A DNA stretch of 63,885 nt, the filler included, from Asterionella formosa (taxonomy: Eukaryota): assembly GCA_002256025.1 (NCBI GenBank). It is 8 parts of 8 records of this genome, joined end to end, with 100 filler letters (N's around TTAATTAATTAA, not from the genome) between each part and the next. Parts side by side here need not be neighbours in the genome. Positions count along the whole stretch, not along the records: positions 28,536 to 55,193 come from NKIB01001652.1; 7 more parts are not named here. The stretch is one strand, 5' to 3'. How positions within the stretch are numbered: position 1 is the stretch's first letter; each line of letters begins with the position of its first letter. Shown here in pieces: positions 34,201 through 44,940 of this stretch. The translations under genes and the position numbers were made by a program. The notes beneath the pieces are model-generated. The model searched no databases. It worked only from the letters and a program-made list of their open reading frames with translations, and was not told the DNA's origin.

Positions 34201-34725
34201 GTTTTGGCTCCTCTTGTTCATGCTCAATTGCCTTCCACAAAGTTTTGTGGTGAACTATCCTCTGAAAGTGGTATGTTTTTTGAAACAGTACTGAAAAATA
34301 TGGAGTTAGAATATGGCGTTCGTGCGGCACGGCCAGAAAGAAACGAACAAATGTTGACCCTGACTCAACTGGCTGCACTTCCTGAGAGCGTTCGATTACG
34401 AATATTATTGTTACTTAAAGACTTGAGCCCAGTCGAGAAAGCCTTGGAGGTGACGAAGGAATCCAATTCCTTCTTGCGGTGCCGTGCCGTGAACAGGGCT
34501 ATTTTGTCGTATGGGACTCAGCCGAACAAGGCTATTTTGTCGTATGGGACTCAGCCGAACAAGTCAGTAGTCACACCAAAGAAGAAATCGGATCTAAATA
34601 GGCCAAGTCAGCGCCAAGAGATGCTGGCCGAGTTTATGAAATTAGATGATCATGCCTTGGAGGAACTTTGGAAGACACACCAATCCATTCGTAACAAGAA
34701 GAAGGCGTTGCAAATGGATAAATAA
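31258..34725 (+). CDS. Hypothetical protein, 1155 aa; N-terminus weakly resembles Chorein_N (VPS13/BLTP-like)
   Basis: Long intact ORF; N-terminal LSKTLQTFLYKYL...GVRLSNVQLR and GRIGTLDI motifs; low-complexity N/T/E tracts. Confidence 0.85.
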   Translation: MSTMLKHAAMTVLSKTLQTFLYKYLLEVDVEGVAMPSLLSSDASGWGVRLSNVQLRHGVMLMTLPGTKQRRCGQKKPKPPDNDSTDANTNTNSTNNTTSQNEKEMTKDTPFLNQQQQKQSTNGNDENTTTIMNSNMSSRAPTPPVKCSQQMMSCLNRDQTSASTADSSEDEAVNGMVPSIVRRNSRTAFMPIPTKPTTPTTPTPTKTSADPLIQHNVAFDTTQLKQDHAEHFINNNNKTTNNENESTNEQTNNNEEEYDWMEQEMVLKLGTGGRIGTLDIRLVGKDLHIMVEGACLTVEACPKEEEEQSNTDTTTTSNNNTTDDTEDQKTSGGGTKKTKPPTTNSSSSSSSTKKQPSELNMAERILENSVIAKALSAIPHLLLRDCTVRLIVRENSDSFGKDVGPEDTVVEFGVELFSVTSGDDFMEGFGTDEEKEKQASDVAEQTEAPRKPSLKRLEEEDENEYLLKRIRTGKGHESGISVKVYPPAGKIRGPTAKPASPAWAIHSYLERSKFCFFRCSGLDIRARIYLGKIMEIARRNNDYAWYGEEYDEYTIDSMLFGVDYIAPGPPPPPPPPLNRIVSDGLHKKRATGTELYTMDENGVQSNKVRSAFHKVARGLIPTLCKKNHLPGDHCPYCWENTARPNSYSVHPLDSKTPLPGVVFSLSLHEPLEINVDRSSLEVLGNLNSLFTKKEDPAQVPTSSSAENTGNNAKHNNEEKSGSKKWSFGRHAPPKKESLKDAYPSYMVPENIEFMGVYLSKIILRLHVMRGDGRKDTHLSFRYWETVANCVTADLQSMKAKQKVFRDVRLGLGFFSMTEFRGIESKKLISLGLACEKSLSEADSATTKLTSKSSWPSMAALLLHVPATAESVKYESKEKHGMQMRYVSVLSKSSSVHAERSSVNIRLGVAIVATNYSVIQDVSNIVSQSTQSIFGVPRTQSIPQKNRQENAVAVANDKNHQSSGLVSSSLMQYKVQIDGGSLVLAPLVHAQLPSTKFCGELSSESGMFFETVLKNMELEYGVRAARPERNEQMLTLTQLAALPESVRLRILLLLKDLSPVEKALEVTKESNSFLRCRAVNRAILSYGTQPNKAILSYGTQPNKSVVTPKKKSDLNRPSQRQEMLAEFMKLDDHALEELWKTHQSIRNKKKALQMDK

Positions 34726-34801
34726 TCCAAAGATTATAGTCGACGACCACTCTGTGTCGTTGATGGGTGACACGATACTTTGACGTTATTTTGAAATTTT
34801 A

Positions 34802-36367
34802 TTATATTAGTCTCATTTGCAAATCATGGATTTGATTCAGCAGAGTTTGTGCAATGTGTATAGCTTCATTTGCTTGTGATCCAGATTCCAACACAGCTTT
34901 TAATCTATAATGGAGATTCAATTCTTGATCCATTATTACCTTTTCCATCATGGAACCTAATCGAAAAATATCAAAATAGGTTTCCCATGTAGGATTCTGT
35001 TCTTGTTTCATCACTATTTTCAATAAACTTGTCATACATAAAAGGAAAAACATGGTAACATCCATTCCAGTACATCCATGAAGCATTCGTTCTTGCACTT
35101 GTTCGTCGTATGTTGTTATTGTTGTTGTTCCTACCATGGTGGACGACCATTTCTGTAATTCATTTTGAATGGCCACCATTTCCGTTTGTAAACAATCCCA
35201 TGTATAATGAATATTGGCAGTTGTTATCCAATTATGATTAATAGATAATGTTTCAACAACATTTTCTACCTCATGTTTCCATGTAGATGGGATGAACATG
35301 GTTTCTCCTGCACATTGATGAACAACAATTGTAGAAGTAGTGGTGGTACTACTACTAGTAGTAGTGTTGGGTACTACCAACGTCCAACGTTTTTCTCCAA
35401 TGACATTATAGGACCATGAAAACGAATTCAATACATCTGAATGAAGTAGTGTTTTGGATCCAGCTGGTCCCCAATATACAAATTGATAATCACCATGCGG
35501 AATAAAGTCATGACAAAAAGAATGTAATAAATCATGTTGAAAAAAAGGTGGGACAGTGTATAATGGTTTTGGTGGTGGTGGTAGTATGGTTTCGTCATCA
35601 TGATGATGATTGTTGTTGAACTGCTGTAGCAAATGCCAATCTTTCAGATATGCTGTAGAATCCAAACGTAATGGCACCGAGGATACGTCATGATTGTTAT
35701 TATTGTTGTCCAGCCATTTATAAAGAGGTGTAGGTATGGTAAGACATTCTTCATCAGCAGTATCACTATGATTATTAGTTGTGTCAATCCTTCTGTTTTG
35801 TTTTTGAAAAGTCACTGGTACTAATGTATGATTTCCAATATGTGTACGAAACCATTCGATATTAATTTCCAAGTCGTTGGTTGTCGTAATCCATTCTTCC
35901 TGTATCCGTGAAAAGTACGTAGTACCAAGTCCTCGTATCAAACATGGCATGTTTGCATGTAGATATTCTTTTCTAAATTGAATTGGTGTCATGCTTTCAT
36001 TATTGGTATCAACAATTGGAATAGTTTCCTGCAAGATTCGTTCTGTAGTAGCAGTTGTTGCTGTTGTCGCATATACGAATGCATCATTTATGAGTTGTTT
36101 AGTAGCTGTCATGTCGTCGTCGTCATCATCGTCTTGTTTGTTGTAACGATGAAATGATTTTGAAAGAATGTTGTTTGTAGTACCGGTATCATTATTCAGC
36201 ATGCTATTGATGCAATACGTCAAGGCGCATCTCATGGATTTGGTATGATTGGAAACGAATTCGAACTTGTCATTGTTGTCACTATCATCATTGGTGTCAT
36301 TGTTGGTAGCTGGTGGAAGCAGATCCTCAATTGAAACATTATTCTTCATATCAATCGTCTTCATCAC
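34802..36367 (-). CDS. JMJD4: JmjC-domain 2-oxoglutarate/Fe oxygenase, JMJD4-like, 521 aa
   Basis: YLKDWH, DYQFVYWGPAGSKTLLHSDV (HxD), SFSWSYNVIGEKRW, GETMFIPSTWKHEVEN, SINHNW. Confidence 0.88.
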   Translation of the reverse strand: MMKTIDMKNNVSIEDLLPPATNNDTNDDSDNNDKFEFVSNHTKSMRCALTYCINSMLNNDTGTTNNILSKSFHRYNKQDDDDDDDMTATKQLINDAFVYATTATTATTERILQETIPIVDTNNESMTPIQFRKEYLHANMPCLIRGLGTTYFSRIQEEWITTTNDLEINIEWFRTHIGNHTLVPVTFQKQNRRIDTTNNHSDTADEECLTIPTPLYKWLDNNNNNHDVSSVPLRLDSTAYLKDWHLLQQFNNNHHHDDETILPPPPKPLYTVPPFFQHDLLHSFCHDFIPHGDYQFVYWGPAGSKTLLHSDVLNSFSWSYNVIGEKRWTLVVPNTTTSSSTTTTSTIVVHQCAGETMFIPSTWKHEVENVVETLSINHNWITTANIHYTWDCLQTEMVAIQNELQKWSSTMVGTTTITTYDEQVQERMLHGCTGMDVTMFFLLCMTSLLKIVMKQEQNPTWETYFDIFRLGSMMEKVIMDQELNLHYRLKAVLESGSQANEAIHIAQTLLNQIHDLQMRLI

Positions 36368-37067
36368 GTAGTGACAGTTTACTAGCAGTATTACCTATAC
36401 ACCGGTACCGGTAGTCATGTCTGATATGTACTCCATATCTATCGTCTGTCATAGATTTTTATGTCTCATTTAATTGATAGCTTTGTTTTCCATTTCTTTC
36501 TGGTTTGCCTATGTACCGGTCAGTTTGTTTCTGTTGTTTGTGTAGAGCGCGCAAGGACGAACGAAAGCAACAATGATGCATCATGATGTACCCAAGGTAT
36601 CTACTATGATGGTACCGGCCGTAATACTATACATTTTTCGCGGAATAATAATAAAATGATGCTATGATATAGACCGGTAATACATACGACATTCTCGATA
36701 TCAGTGTGTACAGGCCTTACTAATATATTGCCCCAGAAAACCAGTGTGGTACGCAGATGGACATAAATATATACCGGTATAACATAGAATATAGACTACA
36801 AGTACCAGGTCCCTGTAGTTTACGTCTTGCCAACTACCAGTACCGATACTTACAGTACGTACACAAACTAGACCAGTAATTTATTCTCACCATCTTGCGT
36901 GATGAGCAATGAATGCTTCATGATGCGATCCTCAGGATATACGGTATACCTATACATAAAATATGTACTACCGGTATCCATAAATAGACACACCAGGAAC
37001 GTCAAAGGAAACAAAAGCAATCAATTTGTTATAATCATCATTCCTTGTCATTTGTGTTCCATCAACC

Positions 37068-38054
37068 ATGACAGCATCTACTACTACTGTCCCAACTTCC
37101 TTTGGACGTGGAACAGTTACTATTCAATGTAATAGTAGTAGTATATGTAACAACAATCCAACAACACATTCATTATTAATTGTGACATTGAACCGTCCCA
37201 AGGTCAAGAATGCAATGAACGATCACGTGTATTTAGATTTATTGGATTGTATGGAGTTGGTACTATCCAACAATAACAACTATGCTGGAATACTTTTGAC
37301 AGGAACCGGTGATTACTTTAGCAGTGGTGCAGATTTAACCTCCAGTCATGACGTTGTTGTCACCACAAATGATACTCATGACAACGATACAACAGACACT
37401 ATCAGTACCTTACAACATCGTCCTGCTGGTCAATTTATGAAACAATGGATATCCTTTCCTAAATTAAAATGTGCTGCAGTGAATGGTCCAGCCATTGGGA
37501 TTGCTGTGACATTATTATTTCATTGTGATTTAGTATGGTGTTCAGGAATGGCAACATTTTGGACACCCTTTGCACGTTTGGCATTGGTACCAGAATTATG
37601 TTCCTCAGTTACCATGGTGGAAACTATGGGCATATCCAAAGCCAATGAATTGTTATTATTGGGAAGAAAGATTGATGCAACGACAGCATTGAATTGGAAT
37701 ATTGTAAGTCGTGTTGTGGATATTGCTGATTATACTACTGCTACTACAATTCAGCAGCAGGAGCAGTCCTTGGCCATGATCATGGCACATGACATTACAT
37801 CCAATTTATTATCCTTGGTCCATAGTGATGGCACGATTGCAGTATTTTGTCAATTGATTCGAGGAAAGTCAAGAATGGAGCGATTGCAACGTATTTGTGA
37901 AGAAGAATTAATTGAATTGGACAAGAGAATGATGGCAGGCGAATGTTTGGAAGCTGCTATGCAATTACATCTTGGAAAGAAGAAGAGAAGTGGTACTAGT
38001 ACAACTACTACTACTGATAGTGAGGAACATTTTCATCAGCAGAGCAAGTTGTAA
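37068..38054 (+). CDS. ECI2: Peroxisomal enoyl-CoA delta isomerase (crotonase fold, ECI2-like), 328 aa
   Basis: LNRPKVKNAMN, YFSSGADL, AAVNGPAIGIAVTLLFHCDLV, FWTPFARLALVPE; C-terminal SKL (PTS1). Confidence 0.88.
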   Translation: MTASTTTVPTSFGRGTVTIQCNSSSICNNNPTTHSLLIVTLNRPKVKNAMNDHVYLDLLDCMELVLSNNNNYAGILLTGTGDYFSSGADLTSSHDVVVTTNDTHDNDTTDTISTLQHRPAGQFMKQWISFPKLKCAAVNGPAIGIAVTLLFHCDLVWCSGMATFWTPFARLALVPELCSSVTMVETMGISKANELLLLGRKIDATTALNWNIVSRVVDIADYTTATTIQQQEQSLAMIMAHDITSNLLSLVHSDGTIAVFCQLIRGKSRMERLQRICEEELIELDKRMMAGECLEAAMQLHLGKKKRSGTSTTTTTDSEEHFHQQSKL

Positions 38055-39570
38055 TAATGGCGGCAGCAGGTGTGATTTCGTCGAGGTAGATCTTATATTG
38101 CCCCTGTATTGAGATCGACTAATAGTATTTATTTGATATCCATCTTTGTTGAATCAGTATATTACCATTGCCTAGTCGACTAAAATCAATAAGTAGTGAC
38201 CATAATGTGCTTTAGCCGCAAGGCCTTTTATATGTTCTCCATACAGAGTTGCTCCTTGCCATGGTGGTATTTGATGCTCCTTCCTGGTGTTTCATGCTGG
38301 TCATCCATGGACGTCGTTTTATACTTCTAGCTCCTATATTACCCATAACATATTCTGGTACTAGTATGCGGCTAGTACTTACTTTCACATGGAGCACTTG
38401 TTGTTATGGATGGAATTCTGATGCTAGGGCAATAACATCGTAAAAACTACCATCGTGCCAAGGAAAAAAAAACCCTCACTATCCAGTCATACAATTTTCA
38501 ATTTCTGAAAAATGACATGAACTATAAGCTAACGATTCCTTGAGATGTTGGTTCATGTGAGTCAGGTCAAATATCTAGCTAAAGGTGTTACCAGTTAAAG
38601 TCATTATTGCGAAAGTTAGTATTTCTGGCAGATCATCTCGAAAACGTCATTCTCACATAGGGGCAATATTTGGTTTTTAAGTAATTTCTTTTCAATATTT
38701 GATAAAAATATATGTAATCAACCTTTATATTCAAATTCACTGGCAACAATAGTACTTTTGCCTGTGATTGGCTAAATGTATGATGGGTGAGAAACACCTC
38801 CGGCCAAAGTGTAAATTCATTGCTGTAGCATCATCTAGCAAGAAAACAAAAGGAGATGAGGAAAACAGAGAAAAGGGAAATTATAAAAGAGGATAAACAA
38901 CTACTGTAATAGTGATCGAGATTCTAGCTGTGCCACATCTGCACTACATCAGTACATCTGCATGTACAGGATGAGCATGGTGAGAATTCAATAGTCACAA
39001 TCCTCAGGGCCTGGGCCTATCCTCATGGTTGATGGTCAATTGTCATTGCTGGAATGTCCTATCATGTTCTGTTTTCTTTTATAAACTTTCCTGAAGTTGG
39101 CACACTTTGCCATCTAGTGCAACATGAAAACATAGCTATAGAAGGGCACAACTGAGGAAAAATCTTGGCAATGGAGTCTTGGGTGTTGTGATGATGACTT
39201 GGCTGTATCTTTGATCCATCATCATGTTCAGGGACTGGGACTAGGATTGGAGCAATTCGGGATTGCTGTTTGAGAAGGAGGTTGTTTGGTGCAGGTGGAA
39301 GAGAATGTGCCTGCTGTCTCATGACGAGGTGTCCAGCCATATCCAACAATCTTTCAATGTCACCTATTCACTCTATATTGTGTTAATAGAAATTAAACTA
39401 ACAAATAAAGGCTTTATAGTGTTAATCAATGCATCTACTGCTCCCTTATTCACAACAGTAGTACCTTCATAGTCTCAGTAGAAGGAACAAAGAAATGGTT
39501 GGATAATCTTTGGGGGAACGAACACGCAGATATGTTGGATTTTCAGGTCTGGAGTCAAGGGACCTAATTC

Positions 39571-41295
39571 TCACATTTCAGAATTTTTATCTGGTCCCCA
39601 TGTTCGTGGTGCACACCTGATGCTCTTAACAGTGGCATTCTCAACATCAGCAACAAATTCAGGTACTTGTCCAGCCTGCAAAGCCTTGAAATACACACCA
39701 ACCTTTGTACCAATAGTCGAACAAAGCTGCGCCCCACCTGTCACAGCCGCATCATAGTGCAAACCACCGTTGAGACGAGAAATTCCACAGCGATCAGCAA
39801 CTTGACTCCATGTATCCCAGGTTAAGGTAAAATTGGCTGCGGGTTTTCCACTTTCGTAGGTAGAAGATCCACTAATGATAGGTACATTTAAAGGTCCACC
39901 TAAAGCAGCCAAAACACTATCGGATCCAGTTAATTCAATCATCCCCTTCGCGAATGCTGTGCAAACGCAAGCGCTTCCAGAAGGGAAGTCGGAGTGGGGC
40001 ATTACACGAACATATCCTTTCCAATCTTTCGCGGGAATCCATCCGGCAATCATTTCTTTGTTTCCCAAATATGAGAAAACCTTTTGACTCCCAAATTTTT
40101 TGTTGACGTATGTGGTTGGACGGACACGATCATGAAATACTTTTTCTTTCCATGCCACAATGACGCTTTCGTAAGCTGCGCCGAAAATGGCAGCATCCAG
40201 TTGGATGAACTCAAAGCTATCCAGACTGATATTTCTTCTCTGAAAGTACTGAACCTCAAGGAGACCAAGAGATGTCAGCTTAGCTAGGGTCGAAATATTC
40301 AACTTCTGCTTTGGTGACATCCGTTAAGTTTGCCATGCGTGCCAAACTTAGCTTGGATGCAGTTACATAATCGAAAGTTGGCGATGGCAAGAAGCGACTA
40401 CAAATGTCGGTGTCCCCGAGGAAGAAGGACTTGGCAGAAGCGCCAATGTGAGGGACAACGTGCCGCTGATTAACGAGGTAACCGTATGCATCCTCAGTCA
40501 AAGGCTCCCAGCATTCCAAATCAGTGCAAGTCCTGGGTGCGTAGGGAATAGGCCTCCAGTCCTCGTAGGGAACAAGATTGTACTCGCGCGACAGCTTGCC
40601 GTCGGCATTCCACCCATCCTTGGCGAAGATGTCGATGGCATCGTCAACAAGCGAACGCGCCAATCCCCAGGGAGTAGTAATATCGGCACAGCTGCGAGTA
40701 GCGCAAATGTTAAGATCTACCTTCCAAGTTTCAGCAAGCCCTGTCAACGCACTTTGGACAGTAGGAACGAATGCTCCAAATCCCCAGAGGGTCGCATATG
40801 CAAGCGTGAGAGTTCTGTGTTGATTATACAAAGACTGACTAAAGATATTGGATGGCTGGCAGCGACGACGCGCTGTGCTGACGCTTGTGCGACCAAACAT
40901 TTCCAAAGCCTGGGGATGGAAGGCTGCTGCTGTTCCATAAACAGACGAAACCGAAGCAAGGAGGAGTCGAAACAAAATCGGGGTTTCATAAACTCCAAAG
41001 CCCGGCTTCACAGCCAACATTTCTGAAATCGTGGTCTGTTAAAGCAGTGGTGCGACAGGAGACAAGTTAGAGCTCGCAACTCGGCTCGACAACTATACAG
41101 AGCGGCATTTTTGCTGTAACATACACCGAAAATGCCCAAAGTCGCTCCATCAAAGTTGTAATCGCTGTAAATCACACCGTTGCTGTCGCCTATTCCAGTG
41201 GGAGTAATGCATTGACCGTTCTGAGCGTGGCCACCACTCAGAAGGATGGACACCAATAAAAATTGAAGGAAGGAAGGATACCGGCAAGTTTTCAT
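39571..41295 (-). pseudogene. Secreted vanadium-dependent haloperoxidase-like gene (DUF6851/PAP2-type) with one intron (41036-41124) and a frameshift at ~40281-40286
   Basis: Signal peptide; GTATGT...CTAAC...AACAG 89-bp phase-0 intron joins IFG|TTISEM; vanadate motifs WKEKVFHDRVRP, HSDFPSGS, SRLNGGLHY; removing 4 nt at TAGCTA gives a 543-aa frame reading EYFDPKLTSLG. Confidence 0.8.
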
Positions 41296-41348
41296 TTAAG
41301 CCCGAAAGAATTGTGAGGTTTTATGAGCATAGCTTGTTGCATTTATCA

Positions 41349-42085
41349 ATTTTGACTCCTCTAATACCTTATGTACTGTACTTCTTCTTGGAGATTCCTT
41401 TTTTTTCGTCGTCGCTCCTGCTTTGATATTTCCTTAGCTGTTACTTGCTGGTATCTCTCCACGAATAAATATATTCTGGTATGTGTATATGCTGTACCAG
41501 ACAGGGGAGAATTCTGTCGTGTCACTTAAATTCTGATTCTCTTATGCCCCCTGACATATGGTACATGGTACAGTAAGCGACACGCGAGGTCTTCCTATAT
41601 AACGTTAACCTTATAGGATCTTAAAAACATACACAGTGGAGATTCACACAATACACACGGCGTATGTTACAAATTCAGCTCTACGTGAAAGGTGCTCCAT
41701 ATTTTGACTCCTCTAATACCGAACGGTACTTCTTCTTGGAGGGGTTCCTTTTTTTCGTCGTCGCTCCTGCTTTGATATTTCCTTTGCTGGTACTTGCTGG
41801 GATGTTTATCTCTCCACGAATAAATATATTCTGGTACCGTTATATATATGCTGTCTCAGACAGGCGAGAATTCTGTCGTGTCACTTAAATTCTGATTCTC
41901 CTATGCCCTCTGACATATGGTACCTGGTACCAGTATCTGGTTCAGTACGTGACAGGCGAGATATTCTGCCGGTATAATGGACAGTACGTATAAGTACTAT
42001 ATAAAGTTAACCTTATAGGCTCTTATACACACACCATAAACTTTTTTCTCTCACTGTGGAGATTTACACAATACACACGGTGTAT
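41349..42085. repeat. Tandem duplication (~320 and ~385 bp units) upstream of the haloperoxidase-like gene
   Basis: attttgactcctctaatacc...gagaattctgtcgtgtcacttaaattctgattct...cacaatacacacgg at 41349-41665 and 41701-42085. Confidence 0.85.
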
Positions 42086-42599
42086 GTATACCAATGCAAC
42101 TCTATCCATATACCGGTAAGTGAAAGGTGTTCCCTTTTACATTCCGAACACGACTAACTACCAGATGGTACCAGGTACCCATATCTGGAGAACACATGTA
42201 CCGGTACATGTACACGGGACTGATCATGATTACCGGGTACCGTTAGGTAATGCTACATACACAATTTCTAGTATGTAGCTCGTATTACATATTGCATATA
42301 CCGGTAAACTATGTGCATCGATTTCAAATTTAACCATGGCCATTTCGACTCATATCATACGATTTTCTCCGGCTCAATTGCCCCATTGGGCGGCTTGCTC
42401 TAAGTTAGTGATCCTTGTATAATATATTTCAATCATTTTGACATTCATTTAGTCTATTCCTAGATTTGTCTTCGTTGCACTCCATCATGGCCCATACGAG
42501 GTGGGGTGCGCTGTGGACGAGGGTTAGGGTTATTTGTCTCTTCCTCGTGTGGAAGTCTTGGTAAAAAAATTGTGGTAGCTTTGTTCTTGAAGCTCTTGG

Positions 42600-44940
42600 G
42601 CTGCACTCCTCATGTCATTTGGAGAATTGGTTATTTATGGTGGATTGCATGTATAATCGCCCTTTTTCTCGCACTTCCTGTGGTTCGTCTTGTTGTTGTG
42701 TTTCGTGCAGTTTTGGTGGAAAATACGCCTGAATTGATTGTTCTCCTGTTTCTGCTGCTCTCTTGGAAGCGGAGAAGATATATTTTGCTCCTTCTAAAAA
42801 TCTCAGTTTTTTTGCTAAGCCTAGCTGTCAATAACTCCTCTATCTTTGTTCCGAATAGATGAACATCTCTACTGGTTATTTCCCCCTTTTCTGCTGTAGT
42901 ACCTCTTAAGTTTTTCATCATGTTCCGATTGGGAAATCGAGTTGTTTTTCCCATCATGAATCACCTCGTTTCTATCGTTCCATGCTGCAATGATTACTTT
43001 CCAAAATTGATGTATTGCCAATGTAGCCCAAGTGCTGCGCTGCGCTTCTGTTGGTTGCTGATCTTCCTCTGAATGGTAAACCGCGCTTTTCCATCCCTTG
43101 CTAAGATAACCCTCAGCGTTAAAATCAGGCCCAGTTGGTTTTGTTGTTCTATTGCCTTTAAAACCCTTCCTTTCATTGTTTCCGAAGTTCCCGGGTCGAA
43201 GTTGATTTTAAATTTCTCCTTGCGTTGTGATAGTATGTGTTTTATGTACTGTAGCCATGCAGACGATGAGACGCATTTTCCCACTTGAACTTGCTGCGCT
43301 CTGGAGGACATTGCTGATAACCTTGTCTCTTGCTTGTAAATATTTTTTGGACTTTGGACTTTTTTATGTTCATTTGTTTCCCTATTTCCACACATCGGAC
43401 AATTTTTATTTCCTTGGAACATTGACTTCCTTCGGACTCCTGTGGGGAGCCATCCATGTAGGTATCTAGCGATAAATATTTTTTTTGTGCATTTCTGATT
43501 TTTGTATGCTTTAGTAAGATTGTCCCAATGCACTAATGTTGCTTTTGAGTTTCCATTATATTTTCCCCCAAAATAGTTAGTGTCCTTTCTTAACTTTATC
43601 CTCTGTCTCATCCGCTCTGCTGTCGAAATGTGTATACCCTGATTATTGATAATAAGACTTGCCTGCATTGTAGGAAAATAGTTGGAGCTATTTCTTGGCC
43701 CTCCTTTGGCAACCGAAGGACATCTTTCAAGAAAATTCGATGTTATTACGTCGGCCATCATGTTCATTTGCGCCTCCACTGTCAATTTCTTAGCTGTTTT
43801 GTCTGCATCCTGATGTGCCTTGATCCAATTCAGTCTAACTCTTACTGGTATGGTTTTGATGATCCTCAAAATTAGAGATACAATGTCTGCATTGGCTGGT
43901 GGTCTCCCAATATGTAAACTCCACGATCTGATATTCGACTTGGCAGTTGCACTGTCAGTCCATATCTGTACCTCTGACATCCTCGTGTCTATCTAAAAAT
44001 AATTTATAAATGCCTGTAAAAACTTTAGAACCGAGGCTAGTCCGAATAGTTCCGCTCTGATTGAGCTGTTTTGAGACGAATCGCCATCGATCGGCGGTCC
44101 CTCGCATGCTGCTGTTTGAGTAGGAATGGAGTTTCGAGATCTCTGAGTATACAGCGTCCACGCATAGGAGCATCTAGAGTCCGATTCCATGGACCCCTCT
44201 GTAGCCACCTTAATTTTTAGTCCTAGCTGTAATGAAGTCGTAGCCTTGTTTCTGACGCTGGGCTCATGACTATCCTTAACCAATCTTTGTTCTTGCTGTG
44301 GTAGTAGTGATCGAATTGTATTACTCCATGTATGTACTCCTGGTCTTTGCATTTGCTTCCATGGATTAAGTTCAAGGGTGCGATAGTAGGCAACACTCAC
44401 ATTGTCATTTATATCACATGGTAAACTATTCTTCGGTAAGTCGAACCCCCTGTTGCCCCTTTCTGTTTGATCAAATTGCATAGTATTCAGCCCTTGCGAC
44501 TTATTTGTACACCTTTCAATGTGTTGTGTTCTTATCCAAAACCCATAATTTTTTTCTAACTAGATGTATGCATGTTGACCAGTCGTGGGTTGGCGGTGTT
44601 TTCCCCCATCTTCCCAGCAGTTTTCGTAGCATCAGCTTTCTCTTAGAGCCATTAGTAAGAAAGTATCTTTGCATTGCTAGCTTGCAATCCTGTTTTTGCT
44701 GGTCCATATGTTTAGGTTGGTTAGGCCATCATTCCCATTTTGTTGATCTGTGTGTGATTCTTTCGCATACTAGAATGTCTGGTCTGAGTCGTTTCCCATC
44801 TGCTGTTGCAATGTCTGCAACCGATGAGACTTGAAGACGATACATTCTGCATTTGTCTAGATGAAATAGTCTGTGTTTGGCTGCTCAAACCTCTTTCTGC
44901 TATAATTTGCATGATCATTGAGTCTCGATAACATTAAAGA
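42600..44940 (-). mobile_element. Degenerate 3' part of a non-LTR retrotransposon with RNase H (Ambal-like)
   Basis: Frameshifted fragments KVATEGS, SSIRAELFGL, IWTDS, WIKAHQD, MNMMAD (RNase H), CPMCGNRETNEH (Zn knuckle) and WNDRNEVIH; boundaries approximate. Confidence 0.75.

Noticed and set aside
41008..41124. Second frameshift or programmed frameshifting in the haloperoxidase-like gene
   Set aside because: Explained by a canonical 89-bp phase-0 intron; no slippery site at the other junction
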